Shown here in pieces: positions 18,850 to 28,900 of a stretch of 64,000 bases of DNA. Origin of the DNA: an uncultured Candidatus Saccharibacteria bacterium (GTDB taxonomy: Bacteria; Patescibacteriota; Minisyncoccia; UBA6257; 2-01-FULL-56-20). Below the pieces are notes generated by a model. The model was given only the letters and a program-made list of their open reading frames with translations. It did not search any database and was not told the DNA's origin. The stretch covers positions 637,710-701,709 of the forward strand of contig OZ246418.1 of assembly GCA_965231155.1 (NCBI GenBank), given 5' to 3'. Every line of letters begins with the position of its first letter. Positions within the stretch are counted from its first letter, which is position 1. A program made the translations under genes and the position numbers.

Positions 18850-19269
18850 ATGAAGGTCATTCTTAGGGACGACCATAGATATATACTTCGGTTTGATCGT
18901 GGTGAGGATGTGATTGCGGAACTGAAACAGTTTGCGCTTGTAGAGAAGATTGGCGTGGGAACTTTTTCTGGTATTGGTACCACGGACGAGATTGTTATCG
19001 CCTGGTTTGATCCGGATGAAAAACAGTATCACGATCATCATCTTACGAAGAAGCTGGAGATTGTGAGTTTGAATGGGAATATCACACGTTTGGACGGTCA
19101 GCCGATCGTGCATGCGCATGGCAGTTTTTCTGATGTCGAACTACACAACAGATCAGGACACGTGAAGAAGCTCATTGTTTCAGCCACCTGTGAAGTTTCT
19201 TTGATTGCTATGGATGGGGAAATCGAGCGTAAGTTTGACGAGGAAAGTGGGTTATACTTAATGCAATGA
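18850..19269 (+). CDS. PPC/DUF296-domain protein. The start is moved to the Met downstream of the terminator; the ORF track begins at 18721.
   Basis: MKVILRDDHRYILRFDRGEDVIAELKQFA…GIGTTDEIVIAWFD matches the PCC (plants and prokaryotes conserved) domain, and the terminator lies inside the longer ORF. Confidence 0.6.
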   Translation: MKVILRDDHRYILRFDRGEDVIAELKQFALVEKIGVGTFSGIGTTDEIVIAWFDPDEKQYHDHHLTKKLEIVSLNGNITRLDGQPIVHAHGSFSDVELHNRSGHVKKLIVSATCEVSLIAMDGEIERKFDEESGLYLMQ

Positions 19270-19607
19270 TTATCAATGATTTAACAGCCAAGCGGTGTGT
19301 GGCGTGTGAGGGGGGAACTCCGGCACTCACGCCGGATGAGATTACCGCCTTTCAGACTAAGTTTTCCGAACCCTGGGAGGTGATCGAGAATAAACGAATC
19401 CAGAAGCCGTTTAGTTTTAATGATTTTAAGGGGGCGCTGGAGTTTGTGAATAAGGTGGGAGTTCTGGCCGAGGCGGAGGGGCATCATCCTGATATCCAGC
19501 TTTCGTATGGGAAGGTGATTATCGAACTATGGACACATGCAGTGAGTGGGTTGTCAGAAAACGATTTTATTTTGGCAGCAAAAATTGATGAACTAGTACA
19601 GGAATAA
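19266..19607 (+). CDS. Pterin-4a-carbinolamine dehydratase (PCD/DCoH).
   Basis: Contains the signature EGHHPD…W and is 113 aa long. Confidence 0.75.
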   Translation: MIINDLTAKRCVACEGGTPALTPDEITAFQTKFSEPWEVIENKRIQKPFSFNDFKGALEFVNKVGVLAEAEGHHPDIQLSYGKVIIELWTHAVSGLSENDFILAAKIDELVQE

Positions 19608-19611
19608 CAAT

Positions 19612-20322
19612 ATGGCTCGTTTGATTTTCGATATCGAAACTATTGGTGAGGATTTCGATAGACTCGATGAGACAACGCAGGAATCGTTAACGCGTTGGAT
19701 TAAAAAAGAATCGAATAACGACAAGGAGTATCGTGAGGCCCTACAGGAGCTGAAGGAGGGTTTGGGGTTTTCGCCGTTAACCGGAGAGATCGTGGCGATT
19801 GGTGTGTTGAACTATGAAAAAGATCAGGGTGTAGTGTATTTCCAGGCGCCGAACAAAAAGATAGAGGAGTTTGAGGAAGGGAAGTTTAAATACAAGCCGA
19901 TGACTGAGGCGGAGATGCTCGCAACCTTCTGGCAGGGAGCGATGAACTTTGATGAGTTCGTGACGTTTAATGGCCGGGGATTTGACGTGCCTTTTTTGAA
20001 TGTGCGCTCGGCGATTCATGGAATTAAGCCAACGAAAGACTTAATGTCGAATCGATATATTAGTAACCAGCGATTTGGCGCGGCACATGTCGATCTTTTG
20101 GATCAACTTTCTTATTATGGCGCCTTGCGAAGGAAGGGGAGTCTTCATTTATGGAGTCGAGCGTTTGGGATAGAGAGCCCAAAGACTGGAGGAGTTACTG
20201 GAGACGATGTTTCTGACTTATTTAAGAATAAAAAATATAAAGAAATTGCGGTATACAATGGTCGCGATCTTGAGGCGACGAAGGCGTTATATGATGTCTG
20301 GAACACCTATCTGAGGCTTTAA
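19612..20322 (+). CDS. Predicted 3'-5' exonuclease with an RNase H-like fold, similar to a DnaQ or PolB exonuclease domain.
   Basis: An Exo I-like acidic motif IFDIETIG sits at the N-terminus, with later acidic residues. The exact family is uncertain. Confidence 0.5.
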   Translation: MARLIFDIETIGEDFDRLDETTQESLTRWIKKESNNDKEYREALQELKEGLGFSPLTGEIVAIGVLNYEKDQGVVYFQAPNKKIEEFEEGKFKYKPMTEAEMLATFWQGAMNFDEFVTFNGRGFDVPFLNVRSAIHGIKPTKDLMSNRYISNQRFGAAHVDLLDQLSYYGALRRKGSLHLWSRAFGIESPKTGGVTGDDVSDLFKNKKYKEIAVYNGRDLEATKALYDVWNTYLRL

Positions 20323-20342
20323 AAACTGGGTATTTCTGGCCC

Positions 20343-20371
20343 TTGCAAAAAAGTAGGAAATATTGTATAGT
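20343..20371 (+). promoter_or_regulatory. Strong sigma70-like promoter TTGCAA-N17-TATAGT upstream of the cadherin-like surface protein gene.
   Basis: Near-consensus -35 and -10 hexamers at canonical 17-nt spacing, about 110 nt upstream of the ATG at 20481. Confidence 0.5.
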
Positions 20372-20480
20372 GTGCTGGCTTATAGCCCCTTGAAAAACAC
20401 CCCCAAAGACGCTGATCTTCTTGATGGAAAATTGTTAGTGAACGCATACAAAAAGGTCTAAGTTAGTTTTTACACATACT

Positions 20481-21968
20481 ATGAAGAAAGGAATCTTAAT
20501 TGCATTCTTTTCTCTTAGTCTTGTTTCTTTCTTTGTTCAGGCAAGTCCTGTTCGTGCAGATAACAATGGTCCCTCGTTCATTGGTTTTATGCCTCCGTCA
20601 ACGGCAACAGCGACGGTTGCATATAGCTATGACGTTGAAGCAACCGATGGTGATGTTCCTGCTGATCCGTTAACTTTCAGTCTATTGTCCGCACCAGCTG
20701 GTATGATAATAGATGGTGGAACCGGATTAATTTCCTGGTTACCCTCAGAAGCGGATATCGCATCGAATCCTCATCTCGTTACCGTTCAGGTACAAGATAC
20801 GTTTCCGGCAGAACCGAACCATGTCGTTACGGAGAGTTTCCAGATTACTGTAGGAGCGGTGTCGACTTCGACTCCATCTTCAACAAATCTCGGACCTTCG
20901 TTCATTGGTTTTGTTCCTCCAGCCACTGCCACCGCGACGGTAGCCTATAGCTACACCGCAGTAGCAACTGATCCGGAAAGCGACCCTTTGACTTTCAGTT
21001 TAGTCACTGGGCCAGCCGGTCTTACCATTAATGCTTCCAGTGGTCTGATTAGTTGGACTCCCGATGCTACCCAGGTCTCAAGTACTCCGTATCTCGTTAC
21101 CGTTCAGGTACAGGATACGTATCCCTTGGAACCAAATCACGTAGTAGTGGAGAACTTCCAGATTACTGTGGGAGCTGCACCAACGACCACGACACCAACA
21201 TCGACTCCGCCAACAACCTGTACCGTAAACTGCGGTGGGGGAGGTGGAGGTAGTGTAGTTATTGTTCCTAGTGGATGTATTTCGAACTGTGGAGGAGGTG
21301 GGGGAGGAGGAACGCCAACTCCAACTAACCTTCCGCCATATTTCGTGAATTTCAACCCGGGAACAGTGGTGACGCTTGGTCAGGTGTATCTGTATGATGT
21401 CGATGGAAAGGATCCTGAGAACCAGCCGGTTACTTTCAGTCTTTTGGAAGGACCGAGTGGTTTGAATATTCTGCCGAACAACGGATTTATCTACTGGACC
21501 CCGGTTGACGGACAAGTTCGCGCTGAACCATATAAAGTAGTACTGCAGATTTCCGATGGATTTCTGACTGCCACTACCTCGTATGCAATTACTGTGGTTC
21601 GTCCGCCTGTAGTCATTATTGATACAGTGCCAGAACCGCCGGTAATTGTTCCGCCAGTAATCGAGCCACCAGTAACTCCGACAACTACAATCGTAACGGT
21701 TGTGGACACTCGGGGAACGCTGTTGGCCAGCATCATTGACTGGTTCCGCGATAACTACTGTCTCCTTGGATATCTCCTGTGGCTCCTGACTCTCCTTGCC
21801 TGGTTGGCTTATCTCCTCCTTGATCACGAGGATAAAGACGACGAGCGCGAAGAGATCGCCAAAGAGCTTCAGGTTGATTCCGAAGCTCCAGTGGTATCCG
21901 CAGAGTCGGATGTCATTCCGCTTTTCTCGCACGAGAGAGAAACAGACGAGAGTAAAGAAATCGTCTAA
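20481..21968 (+). CDS. Cell-surface protein with three cadherin-like 'putative Ig' (He_PIG/dystroglycan-type) repeats, Gly6-7 linkers flanked by Cys, a C-terminal TM anchor, and an acidic tail.
   Basis: It opens with a signal peptide. The repeated motif is PSFIGF[MV]PP…ATVAYSY…DPLTFSL…PAG[ML][TI]I…SGLISWTP. It also contains CGGGGGGS, the helix YLLWLLTLLAWLAYLLL, and a DE-rich C-terminus. Confidence 0.7.
   Translation: MKKGILIAFFSLSLVSFFVQASPVRADNNGPSFIGFMPPSTATATVAYSYDVEATDGDVPADPLTFSLLSAPAGMIIDGGTGLISWLPSEADIASNPHLVTVQVQDTFPAEPNHVVTESFQITVGAVSTSTPSSTNLGPSFIGFVPPATATATVAYSYTAVATDPESDPLTFSLVTGPAGLTINASSGLISWTPDATQVSSTPYLVTVQVQDTYPLEPNHVVVENFQITVGAAPTTTTPTSTPPTTCTVNCGGGGGGSVVIVPSGCISNCGGGGGGGTPTPTNLPPYFVNFNPGTVVTLGQVYLYDVDGKDPENQPVTFSLLEGPSGLNILPNNGFIYWTPVDGQVRAEPYKVVLQISDGFLTATTSYAITVVRPPVVIIDTVPEPPVIVPPVIEPPVTPTTTIVTVVDTRGTLLASIIDWFRDNYCLLGYLLWLLTLLAWLAYLLLDHEDKDDEREEIAKELQVDSEAPVVSAESDVIPLFSHERETDESKEIV
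20560..21190 (+). repeat. Two tandem, near-identical intragenic repeats of about 320 bp, encoding cadherin-like domains 1 and 2.
   Basis: High nucleotide identity is visible between 20567-20860 and 20890-21180. Confidence 0.6.
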
Positions 21969-22005
21969 TACTAAAAACCACCCGAAAGGGTGGTTTTTAG
22001 TATCT
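21969..22005 (+). terminator. Rho-independent terminator.
   Basis: AAAAACCACCC-GAAA-GGGTGGTTTTT. Confidence 0.7.
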
Positions 22006-22049
22006 CGGTCTTTTAAAAATTATTTTTTTATTTAACTTTTGGAGAAATA

Positions 22050-22085
22050 AAAAAGGGTGAACGGGTCTTCCGTTCACCCTTTGAA
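22050..22085 (-). terminator. Rho-independent terminator for the minus-strand gene 22111-22797.
   Basis: GGGTGAACGG-GTCTTC-CGTTCACCC is preceded on the plus strand by AAAAAA, which reads as a U-run on the minus strand. Confidence 0.6.
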
Positions 22086-22110
22086 GGTGTGATGTGAGTC
22101 GTAGTCGAAA

Positions 22111-22797
22111 CTACGACCCGCAGTCAATGTCCGGCACGCCGTCGTGGGCGACCGGATCGTTCGGATCATCGGGGTCGCCACCCTCGACTAACTTTTTCAA
22201 CTCGTCGAGAGTGGAGAGCGAGGTTATCTTCTCCTGACTTTCTTCGAGGAGTTGAATCTGCCCCTCGACCAGGTCAAGAAGGTCCAAGATCCTGGGATAT
22301 GCGATCGTAACTGCCGAGACTAGATCGCATTTGGACTTTCTCTCCAGGCAACGAACCCAGGCGATCGGAGTATCAAGAACTCCTTCGCATAGGTTCTCCA
22401 GATTCCTGGAGTAGAGCGGTGCCGTCACTGACGGTGTCCCAACACTTGGGCCGACGACGTCGGCGTTGTTATGGGTGACACCAGTGTGTCCGGGTCCAGG
22501 GTGGCATTGTCTCTCGATGTGGCCGAAGTATCCATCGTGCTCTGTGCCTGAATGGATCTTTGGTAGTCCACTCAAGCAGGACTTTCCGGCCTTCTGCTGG
22601 CCTGTTTCGAGGTCAGCCTGTGCCTTGTCCAGGCACTTTGTCAGTACAGTGAATACGACCTTCCCATACCGACCCAGTCTCTTGCCCGCTTCTTTCTGGC
22701 AGGAGAGCAGGGACTTCTCCGGTGTCACGTTGGCAGCCTGAGAAGGAGCCGCCGCCAACACCGCCACCACCACCAACAACACTGCAAAGCGTTTCAT
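22111..22797 (-). CDS. Secreted Cys-rich hypothetical protein encoded in an island of about 59% GC, likely horizontally acquired. The start is set at MKRFAVLL.
   Basis: Signal peptide MKRFAVLLVVVAVLAAAPSQA and many Cys. GC counted over 100 nt at 22441-22540 is 59%, against about 43% in neighbouring genes. Confidence 0.55.
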   Translation of the reverse strand: MKRFAVLLVVVAVLAAAPSQAANVTPEKSLLSCQKEAGKRLGRYGKVVFTVLTKCLDKAQADLETGQQKAGKSCLSGLPKIHSGTEHDGYFGHIERQCHPGPGHTGVTHNNADVVGPSVGTPSVTAPLYSRNLENLCEGVLDTPIAWVRCLERKSKCDLVSAVTIAYPRILDLLDLVEGQIQLLEESQEKITSLSTLDELKKLVEGGDPDDPNDPVAHDGVPDIDCGS

Positions 22798-22960
22798 CGC
22801 GTCCTCCGTATTTGGGCTCCCGTAGGAGCACGTTGTGGTTTCGCACGCTAACCAATTTATAACACATATACGAGAAAAATCAAATTTCACAAAAAGAGGG
22901 GATAGATACACTTTTCCACAATAGGATAGATAAGAGTTCTGACCTATAATAAAACGACAG

Positions 22961-25900
22961 ATGAATAATCAATCGAGCTTCCGTAGATTCTTAGGATACT
23001 TTCTTTTAGTGGCCGTTTTTTTCTCTAGTTTTGGGAGTAGTTTTCTGGGACTTCATCAGACGGCAATGGCTGCGACGTACAATTTTTCGCAGACTACTTT
23101 TTCTGGCGGGGCAACGACAACGAGTTTCCCAACTCATGCGAGTAATTCTGTGAACTCTTACTCAGGAACCTGGTGGAACCAGTATTACAGTAAAGATGCC
23201 TCAACAACTGCCAGTACAGTTATTACTCTCGCTTCATCTTCGAGATCGATCACTCAAACTGACAATGGATCAACAAATACCGGGTTTAATATGGCGACTT
23301 CGAGTAATTCCTCGACTGCAGTGACTGGCTCGGGAGACGACGCTTTGGTTGAGTTAGCTCTTTCTTCAGCTCGTTTTCAGGATATTTTAGTAGCCACCTC
23401 TTCTTTGCCATCTAACAACGGCCTCGGAGTGGCATTCCATCCTAATGGTAAGTATATCGCAGTTGGTGGCGTGGGTTCGCCCTATCTCCATATTTATAAT
23501 TTTGATCCAGATACCTATACAATTGGGAATAAAATTACTGACTCAGTGACTAGTTGCGGAAGTTCTATTGATTCCGTTAGTTTCCATCCCGAAGGTAGAC
23601 ACTTGATGGTTTCTTGTGGAGGTACCTCGGTGATGATTTATGATTTCACTCCCTCTGCCACTTATAATGCAACGAGTGGGATTATTAGCGGAGGGGTTTC
23701 TCGTGGTTCAGTAGCTGGTGCTATGAATGAGGCAAAGTTCAGTCCGAATGGAAAATTCGTAGCCATTGCTCATGGTGGTTCTCCTTACTTATCTGTATAT
23801 TCCTTTAGTACGTCAACTAAAAATTTTGTAACGCTCATTAATCCAACCGACCTTCCTGATGGAACTGGTCGAGGGATAGACTTTTCTACTGATGGAGCCT
23901 ACATTGGTCTTGCGCATAGTATTAATCCGTTCGTATCGATTTATACTTTCAACTCGTCGACTGGAGCTATTGGGAGTACTAAAAAAAGTCCTAGCAATGT
24001 GCCTGGAGGAGCGGGATCTTCGATTTCTTTTCATCCCAGTAGTTCTTATGTAGCTGTAGGTAGCGCAGTTTCTAATGAAATAACAATCTATAACTTTAAC
24101 GGAAACTTTGGTAATAAATTGACTACGTCGACTCTGTTTGATGGTAGCGTTGAAGATGTTCGTTTTAGCCCCGATGGAAGTTATATTGCATTTGCAGTTT
24201 CTGATGCCGACACACCTTTTCATTACGTGCTTGGGTTCAATGCTACTTCCACTTGGAATGCAACTGCTAATGTAATCGGAGGGAACGTTCAGGCCGGAGA
24301 TAATTTGCCAGACGATGGAAATGGAATAGCCTTCCATCCAAGTAGCACTTTCCTTGCAATGGCTCATCACGGCTCTCCTTATTTTTCAGTCTATGCTCGT
24401 GTGCCACGTTATCCGACCGTGAGTGGTATCTATACTTCGGGTCCGATTGATTTTGGGAGTAAACAGAATTTTACGACACTGCAGTATGCGTCGAGTGGCT
24501 TATCAGGAACTAGCATAACGATTGATGTTCGTGCAGGTAACGATGCTTCACCTCCAACATCGTGGACAAGTTCGACAGCTAATTGGTCAACAAGCACGGC
24601 ATCGTATGTGAGTAACATCACTTCGAGTAGTGTGAGTATTGCTGGTCTTAGTGGATATCAGTATCTTCGTTATCGTGCGACTCTTTCAAACGGTGGTACT
24701 GATACGAAAACACCATCTTTGGAGAGTGTCACAATAAATTCGTATGCATTTCCGACGTCTTCGACCTTACTTGGATCTCCTTTTAATGCTGGTGACTCAA
24801 CTAATGTCTTTTCTGCATTCAAGTGGACGGATAACGCTTCCACTGCTTCGGGTACAGATGTTTTATTCCAAGTGCGTACCGGTGCAAGTACGGGTACGCT
24901 TGGCACGTTTGTCGGGCCAGGGGATTCAGCTAGTACGTATTTTTCTTCCAGTACTTGCAGTAAGGCAAGTGGTTTGGTTTCTTGTACTATTCCCAGCACT
25001 TCAACGCTTCGTGATGGTAGTAGTGATCAATGGATGCAGTATAAAACTTTCTTAATTTCACAGGGTCATAACGCACCAACGATTACTGGAGTAACGAGTA
25101 CATATGTAGTTAATGCCTCACCGGATTTTTCGAGCGTGACGGCAGCTACTACTACAACGACATCAACGCCAACTTCAACAGTTTCTATCCAGTTCCAAGT
25201 TCGAGATACTGACACGACAACAAATTACGTCACCTCTTCATATGAATATAGCACCTCGAGTGGGGTTAGTTGGACGAGCATTACGAGTGCCAGTTTAAAC
25301 AGTACTTCGACAGTCTCCACGACAGTCGATATATCTTCTTATACGAGTCGTACGGTAACCTGGAGTCCATCCGCTCAGATTCCTGGAGTATATGCAACGA
25401 GTGTCCAGGTTCGAGTCACGGCCAATGATTTTGAGTTAGCCAATAACCTTGGTCGAGCGACGGGGACTTTGTCTGTGCTGGATACGAAGAATCCGACAAG
25501 CGTATCGCTCAGTTTTGACTCGCGGAACGGGACCGATACTTTAACCATAGGTGCGAGCGATGACAGTAATTTACAATTTCTCCTTTCTAATTCAAGCGAT
25601 TTTTCTGCTGATGGATTAAATAGTTCAAGTGGTGTGTGGTCTGTGGCTACCACTCCGTCACTTTCAACAACCACAACGTGGAACGCGACAGGGACGCCAT
25701 CATACGAGAGGGTCTATCTGCAGGTGCGCGATATTTATGGAAATACCGCAACGACGAGTGTGGTGGCACCTCATACGCCACAGAGTGTGGTACTTTCTGA
25801 TATTTCAAATGTCAGCACCGGAGTCTATAGCGAGTATCTGAGTTGGGCAACTTCCACGGATACTACGGGCGCGACAACTGCTTTTTATGAAATTTATCGA

Positions 25901-28900
25901 TCGACAAACAATACTTCAAGCTTTGCATTTTTAGCTTCGACAACGGCGACTACCTATATCAACTCTGGACTGAATACTTCAATTACGTATTACTATCGTA
26001 TTACCACGAAAACGACTCAGGGGAACTACTCGAACTATTCGGATATTGTTGGTGATCAACCGAATGGGCGAGCGACAAATATTGCGCCGGAGTTTAATAC
26101 TAGTCTTGATAGTACAAACCAAACTGGTGTGATTATTAGTCAGGTGACGAGCACCGCTTCTTCTGACTGGGGGAAGGTCCAGATTCAGTATAGTGTTCGT
26201 GATGCCGATACTCATCTCGGATCATCAACGCCTGGTTATATTACTCCATCCTTTGCTTATAACATTGGCTCGGGTTGGGTAAGTATTTCTGGAGCAGCTC
26301 TGAATTCGACTTCGACTAATACCAAGGCAGTCTCGAGTTCAAGTTATACCACCTATACCGCTATTTGGAGTGCTTCGACGAGTCTTCCGAGCCAGTACAC
26401 TACAAACCTCCAGGTTCGGGTAACTGCCGATGATGGTGAATCAGCCAACAATACGACTCCTGGGGTGAGTACACCGATTACGCTCGACACCACTGCACCA
26501 ACACTAAGCTCTAGTCTTTTAGTTAATGGATATACAGCAAATGCACCAGCTACTTCGACCAGTGTGACTCTTCGAATTCAAAGTATTACAGGTGCTCCAT
26601 CAGGAGAGACAATTTATCCGCAATTTTCTAACGATGGTTCGACGTGGTATGGAATGAGTGGGGGAGCGACAACTACTGGCTTAGGAACGGCAGTATCTTC
26701 TACTGCTGGGGCGCTTTCTAGTCTTTCTTGGTCGTGGGTGCTGAGCGGTACAAATACGGTTTATTTAAGAGTTATTGATGCTCTGAATAACTATTCGGCG
26801 ACTTCTTCAGTTGATGTGCAGGGAATAAACCAAGCTCCTCAGGTTCAGACGCTCACTGTCTCGCAGAGTACGACTACGATTGGTCTTGTGAATATTAGTT
26901 ATCAGGTTCAGGACAGTGATCAGGGGAGTGTGTCCTCTTCTTTCGCCTATAGCACCGACGGTGCTAGTTGGACGACTCTTTCGGGAATGAATGCTACCGC
27001 CACCGCGCTTTCCAGTCTTTCAACAAGTTCTTGGAATACGATATATGCAACATGGAACGCCTCGTCTCAGATTCCGAATGCCTATACCAGTGGTTTGCAA
27101 GTTAGAGTGACACTGAATGATGCTCAGGCCGTCAATAGTTCAACAGTGGCCACCACCAGCCTAAATCTCGATACCTTAGCACCGACTCGTAGTTTGACCC
27201 TTGATGCGCGAACAACGACCGGAACAGTTACTCTCTCGCTTTCGGATAATAATAATCTTGAATATTTACTTTCTAACTCGAGTACTCTCGTTGCTGATGG
27301 ACAGAACGCTTCGAGCGGAGTCTGGATTACAGTAGGGGATACTTCGCTCTCGACGAGTACTGCTTGGAATCTCGCAGCTACTTCTTCGCACGCTACTGTA
27401 TATCTCCAGGTGCGAGATCTTTATGGCAATGTGACTTCAACTTCAGCCATTGCCCCTGGTGTTGTTTCCGGAATGACTTTGCAGGACATTTCTGAGCGAG
27501 CGTCTGGATTGTTCAAGCATTTGATTACCTGGACGGCCTATGAAGCGACAACTTCTGCTTCATTGGCACATTACGAAGTTTATCGTTCGAGTAATAACTC
27601 CAGTAGTTTTGCGCGAGTGGCAACTACAACAAATAATTCATATACCGATCTCAGCATTGCTTCGACTACTGTTTATTATTACCGAGTGGTAGTTGTGACA
27701 ACGAATGGAAATTATTCTGACTATTCGAGTATCGTGAGTGGTCAGCCGACCGGTTCAGCGAATACTGCTCCTAATTTTAATACAAGCCTTGATAGTACGA
27801 ACCAAACGGGTGCCACGATTTTACACAGCGCCACTTCAAGTAGTCCCGACTGGGGAAGAGTTCAGATTCAGTATAGTGTTCGGGATACCGATACGAACTT
27901 AGGTTCATCGACTCCTGGATATATCACCCCATCTTTTGAGTACAATATTGGCTCGGGTTGGGTGAACATCGCGACGTCGACTCTCAATAGTACATCGACG
28001 GATAACAAGACGGTTACTACTTCTAGCTACAACACCTATACAGCGGTTTGGAGTGCTTCGACCAGTCTTCCTTCGACCTACACAACTAATTTGCGAGTAC
28101 GGGTAACCGCTGATGACAATGAATCTTCAAATAACACCGGACAGGCGGTGACTGCACCGATCACCTTGGACACCACCGCGCCAACACTAGCTTCGACATC
28201 CTTATTGATTAACAATTCTAGTGATAATGCCGAAGCGACTTCGACTGCGGTAACTCTGAAACTTCAGAGTATCACTGGTACGCCATCGGGGGAGTCTGTT
28301 TATATTCAGTTTTCTAACGATGGTTCAACCTGGTATGCCGGGAATGCGGATGGAACGGTGACTTCAACTGCCGGTACTTTAGGGAGTTTAGTTTCCTCAA
28401 CTGCTGCATCATTGTCTGCAGTTTCTTGGCCTTGGGTCTTTAGTGGGAGTACTGTCTATGTTCGTGTGTTTGATGTCTTGGGAAATGGTCCAGGAACCGA
28501 CTCGAATACTGTGTATGGATATAATACCGCGCCAGAAATTCAGAATATGACGGCCTTGCAGATTGCCACCACGACTGATAGTAGTTGGGGTTCGTTGAGG
28601 ATTGATTTCGAAACAAGAGATACTGATTCTTCGAATAATTTAGTGAGTTCGACGTTTGCCTTTTCGACTTCAAGTGGAGTGACTTGGACGAGTATTCCAA
28701 CCTCAACGTTGAATGCTACAGCGACAGCCTCGTTTGCAGTTTCAACTTCGTCATACACTGCCTACAGTGTGGTATGGAATGTTTCCTCGACGCTTGTTGA
28801 TACTTATTCTACGGATTTGCGAATTCGAGTGACCGTGAATGATCGAGCAACTGTCAATAATATAACGAGTTCAACTGCTACCGTTACTCTTGATACTCGG

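Noticed and set aside
21078-21932. A 284-aa minus-strand ORF antisense to the cadherin-like gene.
   Set aside because: It lies entirely within a well-supported plus-strand gene, has a low-complexity Arg/Trp-rich composition, and has no signal of its own. It is a spurious antisense ORF.
23813-24370. A 185-aa minus-strand ORF inside the 3198-aa gene. The same applies to the other short antisense ORFs within the giant genes and within pyk, tgt, and xseA.
   Set aside because: It is antisense to strongly supported genes with repetitive protein architecture, and no independent evidence supports it.
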